Positions 47,091 to 59,142 of a DNA stretch of 64,000 nucleotides are shown here, piece by piece. The stretch is from Fistulifera solaris (Eukaryota), in NCBI GenBank assembly GCA_030295235.1, contig AP026164.1, positions 1,488,001 to 1,552,000 on the forward strand. The letters are read 5' to 3'. The notes under the pieces were generated by a model. That model saw only the letters and a program-made list of their open reading frames with translations. It was not told the DNA's origin and searched no databases. Every line of letters starts with the position of its first letter. The stretch's first letter is position 1. Made by a program: the position numbers and the translations under genes.

Positions 47091-50000
47091 ATGGTCAAAG
47101 AGAAACGAAAAGGTCGGCTAGACAAATCCGCAGGAGCGGCGCACGCTGAATTCATTGGCTTTTCTTCCTTTGCGAATAATGCCTCTGCGTCAGAGGCGTT
47201 GTCGCCCTCCTCCTCTTGGTCACCTATTTACACGGGAAGTGACGAAACGTTGCAGCTACTATTCCCTCGAATCAGTCAAAAGCGCGATGCCACCACCAAG
47301 ATCAAGGCGCTGCAGCAATTGCAATCGTTCTTGTCGTCGTCCTCGGATGCCGATGCGGATCGCCTATTGCGTCGACAACAAGTCGAGGCCATCCAGCATT
47401 TCGCGTGGTTGTATTACCAAAAATTGCACTTTGATTCGAGTCCCGTCGTTCGTGCGGCTGCCTTGGAAGTTTGGGTGCGAGCCTACAATCGCGTCCCGAA
47501 GGCGGTGGCGCAATTGGTGACCAGCGTGCAGCCCGAGCTGCTGGGAATGATGTATACGGCCAGTCACGCGGACCGAGGATTGCAAAGCCAACATGCGGCT
47601 TCCATTCAGCAGCTGATCGAACGTCAGCCGGATTGGCCGTGGGAACACGGTTTGGTAGAATTGTACGCATTTCGAATGCTGTCGTTTGGGCGAAGTTCGA
47701 CCATGTATGAGGCATTGTTTGCGAAGAAAAACACGAAAGTTGACGATCATTCGTCAATGGTCGAAACGTCGGAATCACACAAAGACGCAGCCGAGGAGCA
47801 GTTTGAACGTATTGTCGGAACGTGCATTGATGCGCTTCGAGTATGGGTATCCACAGCAGTGAAACAAAACGCGGAACTGGACACGTCCATCTGGTGGAAA
47901 ACACTGGCGTCTGGATTGCCCGCGTTACGCCTTAAGACTTTACACTTGCTGATGGCATGCTGTCAAAATGAAATTTCGATACCATCGCAAGTGACAAGTA
48001 TGCTCACCCAAGAGCTCTCGTCGGAGCGCCACGTCACCAATGTATCGGCTGCGATAAATGCCTTGGTCGCGTATCTATCGCTTCTCCGACAATCTCCTGA
48101 TGATAATGTGGATGTCTCATCGTTTGTGAAGCCGGTCACCAAGAGTTTGAAAAAGGCCTGCTACGGCGCGCCCGCCATCGATTGGGCACCGGCTTTATTG
48201 CCGCTGTCGTTTTTGCTCGGAACGGTCAAGCCAGAATACACAACCACAATTTTAACAGCGGCGTGGGATGGAAGAAGTCTAGTTCTTGGGGGAGACCGTG
48301 ATCGGTTTACACTGGGAAAAGCTTTGGCGGAATCTGCTTCTCATTGGCTACTGCTGCCGAGGCCATCCCTCACCGACAATCTCGAAGAGCAATCGACCCT
48401 ATCAAAACCTGCTCGAGGGTTAGTCTCGTTGTGGGCGGAGGCATTTCATTTTTCCATGTCGATTCGACTAGACTCATCGAAGGCATCACCTCTTGCGGTG
48501 GCCCAATCGGTCTTACTAGACCAGTTGTGCAGCGATTTAGTTCGATTCTATCAAGCAATTGATGGGAACGATAGTGCGTTTAAGTGTCTGATCGATCAGG
48601 ACATGTTCTGGACCGAGTCCTTCTCTATGGATGAGTATAATCTTGAGACGATGTCGGTCTTCTTGGAACGTCTTACAAATTTCAAAGGAAAAGTCAAAAT
48701 GATGTCACAAGTGCGAAAACTATTTCATGACACTCTCACACCTTACCAGCAGTCTTCGGGAGCCTCTCCATCGGAAAAAGCTTATCGTTTCTGTTGCTCG
48801 GCATTAAGATGTTATGAGGCGCATTGTCTGTTTTATGAGAACGACGAAAAGCTGAAAAAGTTTATCATGAATGATCTGTTGCGCTGGATGATCTTGCATA
48901 CAAGTCGTATTTCAGAAGTCGTTAAGTCGTCCTGGACTGTTGAACGCGATTTCGAGTTCTTGTATCATACTTTACGCGGCCTTCCTGGACGACAAGAGCT
49001 TTGGAATGTCATAGTGCATGAACTAGTTTCTGCAGAATGCGATCTGAAATACTTTACGATTGGTCTTGACTTTCTTCTTTCGACTTTCAAGGACGATACG
49101 TCCTGGATCGCCTGCTCCTTCCTTTCTCAATTTGCTGTGTCACAGGGGAAGTTTGTTAGTCAGCTTGATGAATTCGTTGACCATGAAGAAAGCGAGAACA
49201 AAGATGCGGGCGCTCTAGCACACGAAGAATACAGTTCATATCTTCACTTTTTCTTAACGTGCGTCGGAATCCCCGCCCAAAATAGAATCGGCGAAGAACG
49301 CTTTTTCGCATACTCCGACAAAGCGTATGTGTCCCAGCCTGCGCTGATAGGTCGAGACGACATCAAGGAGTGGATAGATTCAGCGACCTCTCATTCCCAT
49401 CCATCAAAGATTTCACCACTTCTGGAGACGCTCATGCATATGGTAGTAATAGGGAATAAGACGCCAAGACAAGCTGTACCGTTTCCCTTGTCAGAGGACG
49501 ACCAAGTAGGTATCTTATTACAAGCATGGAAAATCAGCGGAAATGACTTTGGTAGGTTTCTCGAACACCAACTTTCTCAAGACAGCTCGTTACAAGGTCG
49601 ATTCTTGACTTCTGCGTCGACGCATTTGTCTAAGGAGCTCTCTGATGTTCTCAAAAGCAATAAAAAATCTGGCAGGTCGTTTAGCCAATGGGTGTTGCAT
49701 GCGTGTCGTCTTTTCAGCCTTACCGAGGTGGCTGAGCAGGCAAATGCAAATCTAGCTGCACAAGTTCGACGTAATATACTGATCCAGTATGGCGACAATT
49801 CGGATCCGTTTGTACTTTGGAAAGCAAAGAAATCTCTGATGTGCAGTTGCGCTATTGCATTTTTTAACGAATTGCCATCTTTCTCGCAACGCATATCTGC
49901 TCTATTAGGTGATGCGCACGCTTTAGGCGGCGAAGCAAACATGGACACTATCCTTCTTCTTCTCATTCATGCAACTGAAACGTTCCAGCTCCCTTCATTG

Positions 50001-52459
50001 TGTTCATCATTGAATAGAAATGGAATGAGCAAACAACTTTTTCATTACTCGTCGGTAATGGAGGCTTAGATCGGAAATTTCTCCGGGCTGCTGCTGATAG
50101 ATTGATATTAGATTTGAACAAGAAACTCACTGGGGATAGCGGAGAAAACATCGATGAAGCACTGAAAATGTTTTCTCTTCTTTCCATGATAATAATGTGC
50201 TTGTTTGGGTCGCCCTATGACTTTTCGCAACTTTCGCCGGAAGATATTGTGGAAGGTGAAGAAGTCCAATACATTATGAATCCGGAGCAATCCAATAAAA
50301 CAGTCCCGGCCAAGATTAACAAAGTGCATTTCGACTCTCAAGCCGGCTATTACTATTCAATTACTATTGTTGATCAATCTGAGACTACTGAGCGGCAGAC
50401 GGTGCTCGAAAGATTACGCAAGGACAAGAATTTTATTGGAAGGCGAAGCAGTGTTCCCATACTTGCTGAGGCCGGCTCTCAAGCCGAGCGAGTTCACATT
50501 AGAAATATGATAATTTCGAAGCTGGTCAAACCTTTTCTCATTCCATCGGTAAACATCACATCTTTGGTGCCGCTACTTGCTGAATCTCTGACCCTTCTCG
50601 GGGGTTATGTTGGGTTGGGAGAAGAGAAAGGTATTGGGTCTCCAAAGTATGAAGTTCACCAAATTTTTACTTTGTGCCATTCAAACCTTCAAAAGTCAAT
50701 AGATTGCGACGATTACGACAGTGCAACGCGGCTTCTTTGGTTCTCGTCGCTAGGACTAGGATACGGTCTTTATTGTGATACCGTCAGATGGTCTCATCAG
50801 GTTCTCCAGCTCAGTTTTACTCACCCACTGAAAGCGATTGACATTAAATACAATTCAAAATGGCCTTCAGGGAATTTTGAATTTGATTGTGCGGTGCTAA
50901 GCTGGCTAAGCGGAATCTTGTTTCATATTAATAAGGAGAGCGTAGCACGCGGAGGAGATCCTGAGGTGCCCATGATGGTCTTGAATCTGATTTTCAAACT
51001 AGCGACAAATGTTCTTTCGGTTGCGATAGACGCCAAATACACCAACGCTGTTAGTATCGGTTCAGTTGCAATCGAAGAGAGTGCGAATATTATCAGTCGT
51101 TATCCGGAAGCAGTGATCCATGCATTGCCTATTGCAACAGATTCATTTAGCATGCTGATTCGGTGTTTCTGCTCTGAGACTAAAGGCACGACCAATTGGA
51201 ATATGTCAGCCTCATCAAGTTTGGAAAATGTTATTAATATATGTATGAACAGAGATACACTCTTCTCGTCTTTCGCTGCAGCTTGCAACGCACATTTTAA
51301 AGAACTACTGGCAGTGCTCTTCGATCGAGAGAAATGTTACGTTGCTTTCCGTCTGCTACAAATAGCATTGGAAATGAGGGCGGAATCTCAGATGTCTGAA
51401 CATGCCGCTTTTCCGAAATCAGTGTCGTCTCGTTTAAAAATGTGGTCGGTGGGACTATCCCCCGACGAGATCGAGGAGTTGGAGGAAGATATTCTCATCG
51501 TTTCGGAATGGATTCCTGAAAAGATGTTGACGACCATGGAACACTGGGCAACAGAAGATCTGGACGGGCTAAGTGAAGAACAAACAACAGGGCAGCTATT
51601 ATCATGGCTCATTTGTTTAAGAACGCTCGAGAAAGCAGCATCAAAAAGTTTTAGGAACCGACCGGCATTTGTATCATATCTTTCAAAGTGCGGAGTGTTC
51701 AGTCATATTCTCAATCTCGCTCTTTTGAACGAAGAAACGATTAACAGCGGAAAACGAATTTCCCCATCGCCTGTGCTTTTATTTGAAGATCTGCGATTCA
51801 ATGACGGCCACAATCCCTTGCCCGGTATAGCCTCAGTGGTACTGTTTCGAAGCATAGAAATACTTCCAGCTCTCGCAAAGAGATGGTGGGAAGAGGATTG
51901 TCCAAAAGTATACATATCGCCGGTGCAATCTTTCGTTGAAAAGTACGTGGGGCCAAAGATTCTGGAAAGAGAACTCGAACGGATCAGAAATGCGCCGGGC
52001 GTTTTTGGTAACATGAACGTTACCGCGAGCTCAGTTAGCCGCGAAATCAGAGCAGAGTACGTACAAGATGACTTTACACTCAAGGTCTCGATAAATCTTC
52101 CTGCTGCTTTTCCGTTCAGGAGTGCAGACGTGGACTGCAGCAAGACTCTTGGCGTTCCGCAAAATCGTTCGAAACGATGGAGCTTGCAGATCATGATGAT
52201 GTTGAATAGTCAAGGGGGGACCCTTATTGATGCATTGATTCTTTGGAAGGACAACGTTGATAAAGAATTCGAAGGAATAGAAGCTTGTCCTGTCTGTTAC
52301 TCAGTGCTGCATGTGAAGACTCATAAGCTCCCCGGCTTGCAATGCAAGACGTGCTCTAATCGCTTCCATACTGATTGCTTGATGGAGTGGTTTCGAAGCA
52401 GCGGAAAGAGCCAATGCGTTCTGTGCCAGCAACCGTGGGAAGGAACTCGTGTGCTTTGA
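47091..52459 (+). CDS. LTN1: E3 ubiquitin ligase listerin (frameshift near 50050)
   Basis: N-terminal FIGFSSF and QKRDATTKIKALQQL, helical body, RWD-like LKVSINLPAAFPF, C-terminal WKDNVDKEFEGIEACPVCYSVLH...CKTCSNRFHTDCLMEWFRSSGKSQCVLCQ. Confidence 0.93.
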
Positions 52460-52667
52460 TACCTTTCTGAATGAAGTAATAGAACTGCAATAGCTTACCC
52501 GTGAGCCTTGTTTCCTTATTTATCTTAATTAGTGTATTAGCGTTAAAGATACCCTCCACGGAAAAAATAATGTGAGGTGTGAGGTGTGCGAATTTTTTTG
52601 ATTGTCCCATCAAACGACGATGAATATGAATGGGCTACCAGGTACCGGTACCTTGTTTGAAAAGAAT

Positions 52668-53123
52668 ATGCACTCTAAATTGAGCATTTTATTGTTTCTG
52701 TTAAGCGCATACGTTTCTGTTCATGCTCTCGCAGGTCACAACAAGAGTCGTCCTCCACTGAAAACCGATGACCTGAAACGCTTTTCAGTCAATGGTTACA
52801 ACGATGACACGTTTGGTTTGGTGTTTCTTGGAAGTTTATTTGGAGGCCAGGACTACGTATTCGCATCCACCTTTGTTGGAGTCTCCGCCATTGCTGCTGC
52901 GGCAACCAACCTGGGCTACATTCCGAGCGAAGAGGCTCGAGTCCCAGGTGCTGTTGCCGCAGTGAATCTAGCGCTTTCCACGTTGCTCAAGCTGACCGTA
53001 TTAAAAGAAGTAGCTACCGATATTCTTCCTTCTGCTGTGCTCGCTGATGTAGGAGTTAGTACGGCTTCGGTTGCTTGGTCCTTTACAAAGTGGAAAATAT
53101 CGCAACAGAATGAGAAGAATTAG
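52668..53123 (+). CDS. Small membrane protein with signal peptide
   Basis: MHSKLSILLFLLSAYVSVHA followed by several hydrophobic segments. Confidence 0.55.
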   Translation: MHSKLSILLFLLSAYVSVHALAGHNKSRPPLKTDDLKRFSVNGYNDDTFGLVFLGSLFGGQDYVFASTFVGVSAIAAAATNLGYIPSEEARVPGAVAAVNLALSTLLKLTVLKEVATDILPSAVLADVGVSTASVAWSFTKWKISQQNEKN

Positions 53124-54239
53124 AGGAAATAATCAAGAAGCGGCCGTGCGGAGAGCGAATCAATCTCGATGGCGTGCTTATACCGCTCATTGTCCATTCA
53201 CATCCTGTTTTGAGGAGGGATAGTTCAATGACGTCAGTTCTGCATGCTATAGCTGCTATAGATTGTGGAGTCTAGAACGCCCTAAAGCCATCACTTTGGA
53301 AACCATGGATGTTTGCAACACACTTGCAATGATCATAGTTGAATTGCTGTAATTGCCGTTGCCAATTCGGCAACAATGAGTTACTCTCAAGTTTTATTCA
53401 AATATTCATTCACTTCATTGTTCACTACCAAGTATCGTAAGTCGTAAGAGATTCAGCTTGAGGGAGACTTGACTCAACTCATGTCAGTCCCGGACAAAAA
53501 CACTACTCCGTACTTCTTTTAGAAAACTACTAGGCCTTACGCCCTAGCTACTGCTTTCTACTGTAGATATTTACAAATCACTTGCCATTGAACTTATCGC
53601 GTTGATGATATCGTAGAAAGAAACACAAACGTTGATTATTCTATTTCGATTGATCTGAGTCACTGTCCACTGTTTCGTAAAGGGTGCGAGTGACTTGACT
53701 CAATTCAAAATTCAGTCCCGAAAATCATTTACCGCGTTCATCAAGGGAAGTTTGCAAATCATGAGAAGATTGCTGTAGTTTTTGTTGGATATAATAGAAA
53801 AGTACTCCAGAACCTATCTCGAGCTATGACATCAATGGTCAAATATCGACAAAAGGGCAGGGGTAGTGGGAGCATTTCCACTTCCGGAAATCGTCGATGC
53901 ATAAAAAACGTTATGCCCCTAGTCTAGACACCAGACAAGTACTTTTTATACTGGATTATTTCAATGGTTCGTTGGCTTTTGACATCTCGTATTCGTACCT
54001 GTTACATTAAACTAATTTTGCGTTCATTTCAAGCGCTCTAGATAAGTTCTACCGGTACCTGGTACGTAGCTGGGATCCGCACAAAAGTCCTATTGGTACT
54101 GGTAGCCTGTGCCTGCGTCGTCCTCCGCACTATTATACGGAGTAGTATTTACCCTTTTTCTTGAAGTATGTGTTCATTTTCTTTATCACAATATCCTTTT
54201 TTATGGAAATTGCTGTCCGCAAAGAAGGTTTGATCGTCA

Positions 54240-54665
54240 ATGACTTCTCGGAAACGTAGTAGTGACACGGCCGTCATTCACACGGCGTCGGAGGCGCCCA
54301 TGAACAACAGAAAAGCTGAATCATCATCATTGCTCGCATTGAATGCCACCGCTCCCCGCGTTCGAGTCCGCATAAGACGCTTTCATGGTGTTGCGCACTG
54401 GAGTTGGAACGCGAACGATGAAGTTTGTGGAATTTGCCAGTCTGCTTTCGAAGGAACAGCGCCAGGCGTGAAGTATCCTGGAGAAGATTGCCCGGTTGTA
54501 TGGGGAAAGTGTGGACATGCATTCCATCTTCAGTGTGTATCCACTTGGCTAGGGCAAGCGACAAGCCGTAATTCGTGTCCTATATGTCGACAAGCATGGG
54601 AGTTTGGACAGAATCCTGTGAATACCGACAATCAGAGAGGAACTACTTCAAATGGGAGTGCATAA
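54240..54665 (+). CDS. APC11: Anaphase-promoting complex subunit 11 (RING-H2)
   Basis: VRIRRFHGVAHWSW, CGICQSAFEG, KYPGEDCPVVWGKCGHAFHLQCVSTWL, CPICRQAW. Confidence 0.93.
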   Translation: MTSRKRSSDTAVIHTASEAPMNNRKAESSSLLALNATAPRVRVRIRRFHGVAHWSWNANDEVCGICQSAFEGTAPGVKYPGEDCPVVWGKCGHAFHLQCVSTWLGQATSRNSCPICRQAWEFGQNPVNTDNQRGTTSNGSA

Positions 54666-54726
54666 TTATTAAAGTGATTAGTAGTAGATCTACAAGCTTT
54701 GAGAGAGCGAGAATCATAAAAGCAAA

Positions 54727-57700
54727 TTATTTTCTAGTCAGTGGATGCCAGCCATTCCATCCCTCTGGAGCGATGCCGCCGTGGCTATTCATGAAGTTCA
54801 TCAAGAAGATACTTGGTCCGTCACCATTTTCCCGTTTCAAATCGTCAGCAGCCTTAGTATAGTCCTGACCAGCAAAAATTTGCAGTTCATTGAACTCGTC
54901 CTCGAGGTAACCTTCTTCTACTGCAGTTTCAAACATTATATCATTCGCCCGACTCAGCAATTCTAATGCTTTCGGCCAGTCACCCTTCAAGTAAGATCGA
55001 TGCCCATCTCGGAAGTATCTCAAGAACTCTTCCGTGATATGTTGCCCCATTGCCTTCAAATCTTGATCCGTCGTCCATACGTGGCTTCCATATTGATGTG
55101 CATCCATATCTGCCTGGTCATCTGATCTTCCGTACAGAAAGAAGTCAACACCCTTGGCTTTGCAATCGAAAGTGTAAATCCTTTGTATGACCGATGACCC
55201 CTTCACCGAAACTGTATCAACGTGGCGCAATTGAGCGCGCGCCGCTTCGCTCATAAGTTCCTGAACGGCTTGACTCAGCATGATTGTTACACCGTACTGC
55301 TTACAGGCACCAGTCATTCGACTTGCCATGTTGACGTGTGGCGACAGATAGGTTGCATCAATCTTGTATTCACTTCCGACGGCCCCTTCTACCGCCCAAC
55401 CTGCATCCATGCCGAAAATCAACGATACGCGAAAGGCGTTGACTCCTGCTGACAGCCGGAAATCCTTGCTCCAGTCTAATACTTTTTGATCACGATAGAT
55501 ACCTGCAAATGATTTCAGCATGCCAATAACAGCCCTATCCGTAAACTCACTGATTCCGGGCAATGATTGCAGCGAAAGGCCCATCGCTTTCGTCGCGACT
55601 TGCCGGTTTTTGCTGTCTTCGATCATCTTACTCCTATAAAAATGAGAGCTTCGCGACTTGAGTGCACTGGCTCGTTTCGAAGAGCTTGGTGTTTGCCCAC
55701 TCCAAATCACGTCCTGTGCCTGCTCAAGCTTTTCTATCACCTCTTCAACAAGACCTATACGAAAAACCATCAAGAAGGCACTGCCAAGATTCTTATTGCA
55801 CTGACCGGAATCATTGAGACCCCAACGAAACACTTCGTCATGTAAAACTTTCGCAACGTCGTTAATTAGTTTCATGACATCTCGATTCAAATTGCGCAAT
55901 GCATGGTCAAAGCCGTCAATGGCGGCAAATGCGAATAAAGCGTAGACGCTCTTTCCGGGAACGGTTGGATTGAAAACACCTAGCGCTCCTTCTCGTGTTG
56001 CAAGATTTGTGGAAATGATATCAGCCCCGGCAACACCCCAACACTTTCGCAGCAAATCCGTGATGTTTGTCACGGCGGTGATTAGTTGCTCCGTCTCGTA
56101 ACTGCCAAGAGAATCACCCAGATCGGCCTCATTATCACTGTCTTCCTCGAAGTCATCGTCGTCATTTTTAACATTGGACGCCTTGCGATTCAGAATCCGT
56201 GTGTGAGTCCTTACCTTAGGCGGGACGAGTGGATTCATCGCATATCTTGCAACGATTTTCAACATGCGCCGCAATGGCCCGAGTACCAAAATCTCGGCAT
56301 CGCGACGTAGAAAAGATAGCCCTCCCAAAACAGAAAAGACGAGGAGCATTTGAAGGAATAGCGACGATAAAGACCTGTGCGAAGACTACCTGTGAGATAC
56401 GTACACTAGCATGTTCTTTTCCAGCAATACTTACGCAGTTTTGATCGAATGTGAGTGATTAAAGTTGGCAATCACAGAAAATTCGACCAACATCGACGGC
56501 GGGGTAGAGTTACCAGGTAAAGAGCCGGCCAATCCGAGATGAGTCTCAGCGTATTCTACAGTCGAGCCTTTCCTGATTCCAAAGGAAGTTGCGATTTCCT
56601 CGCCTTCTTCAAACAACATATTGTTTTGGTCGATATCACACCGGTATGGCTGCAAATCGACACTGAGCAGAAATGGATCCTCAAGCGAGTTCCCATAATG
56701 TACGCTCGAAACGCTTCTACTCCATGAGTTAATGCTTGAGAGCAGAAATTCGCATGTTGCATCAGAGGTGTCGTTCGCGAACATGTTGATCGACTGAAGT
56801 TGTTGCGTCATTTCAAGGCCAAGGGCATTGATAGCAGAGCTGCTGAGACTGATCAAAACAGGAAAGAGACCAGTAATGGCCCAAAGAGTAATGAGAGCTC
56901 GATAAGAATTTGTCACCATCAAGGCTGTGCCAATATTTGAAGCGTTAATCAACGTCAATTCCTTGATTTTTTCCTCTCTCTGATGGTCATCAAGTTGGTT
57001 ATGATGTGCAAGAGACTTTCGGTCGTGATATGTGCGCGACCCAAGCGAGGGAATGAGCATCGAAAATAGACCCGAGCGCTTGACTCTCCATTTCATGTTG
57101 ATAAATGTATTGGTTATCCACATGTTTCTCCAGTGACGAACTAGTCCAAATATTCTCAAACGAATGAGAGCCATGTATGCGCGTCCATAAAAGCAATCTC
57201 TCCTGCTTGGTCCAACAATGCCTAACAAAACCGCGTTATGAAAAGAAAAAGCATAACGCTTGCTGCAGGATTCAGAATTCCAAATACACAAAAACTCTGG
57301 AATGAACATCATGAGGCAGAATGTTTCCACGACCAGATGAAAATTGTTGATGTACCGCACTGTCGCTGGCGCGTATGCTTTGTCAGATATAGTAAGTCTC
57401 CGAAAGCCATCCGGTCGGATGAAAACTTCGGTCACTAGCTCGAAGACTAGTACAAGCCACACTGCAAAGTTGATTGTGGCGACAAGACTATCGGCTTCGG
57501 GTGCAAAAAACGCCAAGCGAGCCTGGTCTATGAAAACGAACCAAGTACTGCAAAAAGACCATGAGGTTGACCATTGTGAGTCTGAGCCTACAAATAAACG
57601 GCTCTCTTCCATTCAAAAGTAGCTTCGCCTTTGCCCTAGCAAATGCGCTCGCTCTTCTGAAGTTGGGATTTACGACGCGCACCCAAAACACGTAGACCAA

Positions 57701-58507
57701 ATCGTACATACAGATGAACGGAAACACCAGGACGTAACAGCAAAGCCGTAAACACCGAACCAAGTTGCTTTCGGGAACCTCCACCGATGGCTCGTCTTCG
57801 AGCGGATCCTTGGTCGTTTCATCCACACGCGCCGTCGCCGCTCGCTTCGCCGCCAGTTCCCCTTGCGGACTCCGGACCGGCTCCATAATCTCTTGATCCG
57901 CCCGTTGATCTGTTTTGGTGTCACAACGCGTGACCGTATAAAAGATGGCCGTTTCTTCGAAATGTTTGTGTTTGACGGTCGCTAGCACATAGGAATAAGG
58001 GCCTTTCTGTTCGTCGGACGATTCTCCCTCGCCCGGTGGGAAACCAAAGCGATTCACCAAATTGGCAAACTTGGATTGCTGTACACTAATGAGAACGAAA
58101 TCTCCGACGTTGTAATTTCGCAATAGTTTCGTCCGGCTGTCCGTCATTCCCTCATTTTGGGAGATCGAGCGTCCCAACCGACTGCGGAGCGGGCGCCGCG
58201 CAAAAGGACTGATCATCGATTCGCGTCGTTCTCCGGTTTGTGATGTTCCGCTATTCGAGCTTACACTGGAGCGTATGGATTGTCGGACGCTATCGGTGAA
58301 ATGGCGGCGTTTTCGAGTTGATGCCGGAGTCGACGCATAAGTTGTTGTATTCGAAACGGTCGGAGAAGAAAGAGAAGTAGATTGCGGTCGTTTCGTGTCA
58401 TCTAAAATTGCTTTTTTGAGAGTAGCCATTTTACTTCGCATATCAGATGAATCATTATGCAACTGAGAATCCTTCACAAAGTAATCATCAGGTTGTGGCG
58501 CACTCAT
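54727..58507 (-). CDS. Membrane-bound class III adenylate/guanylate cyclase-like protein with ion-channel-like TM region (intron near 56380-56432, frameshift near 57550)
   Basis: Several TM helices including S4-like ALIRLRIFGLVRHWR; LVLGPLRRM, NPTVPGKSVYALFAFAAI, NKNLGSAFLMV, GWAVEGAVGSEYKIDATYLSPHVNMASRM, VSVKGS. Confidence 0.85.
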
Positions 58508-59142
58508 TGTAAAAGGGCGTCAGAACAGATCGGCTCGTCGTTTCGCGGAAATCGAATTGATTTAGATGGATGCAGCGCGAAATTTTATTGCTTCTATGAA
58601 ACCAAGATTGTGTGAAGAGACATTCATCAACAAGAAAAGAGATGATTCACTCTTTACAATGTCTTTCAGAGTTGCTTATTGCTCCGCGTTCATGCATTTT
58701 CAAAGAAGAAAGGCGACAACGATAAAAGAAAAAAAAGACCGCGCGTGCGGCACCACGCAAAAACCATAGTCACACCCGTTTTCGTATTTTAATACCTAAC
58801 TCTAATGAATAACTGTGTCTGGTGTACACATAAGTTGTTTATACCTGGTACTGTAGTACGTAGTACAGTGAAGTGAATGACCCTCTGAAATTTGAAACTG
58901 CAACATGCGGTACGGTACCGGTACCGGTACCGGTACCGAAATGGTTTCGTACTAAACTTAATCAAACCTTTTGAGTCGCGCTTCACTGTTTTCCGTGGCC
59001 TTCATCTCCCATGACCTTCACTATTTACGTTGCCCTTACCAAGAACTTGGTCTTTGCTCGTCGTTGCCCTTGTTCCTCTCCCAGTGTCCCCATAAAACAA
59101 AAGAAGCAGCTGAATAGCATTGTTAGCAATCTAAACAAAGTC

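Noticed and set aside
19711..54665. Functional cluster of RNA-decay and ubiquitin quality-control genes (translin, EDC4, RPL10, LTN1, APC11, UEVs)
   Set aside because: These are large functional classes interspersed with unrelated genes in mixed orientation; no evidence of co-regulation without synteny data.
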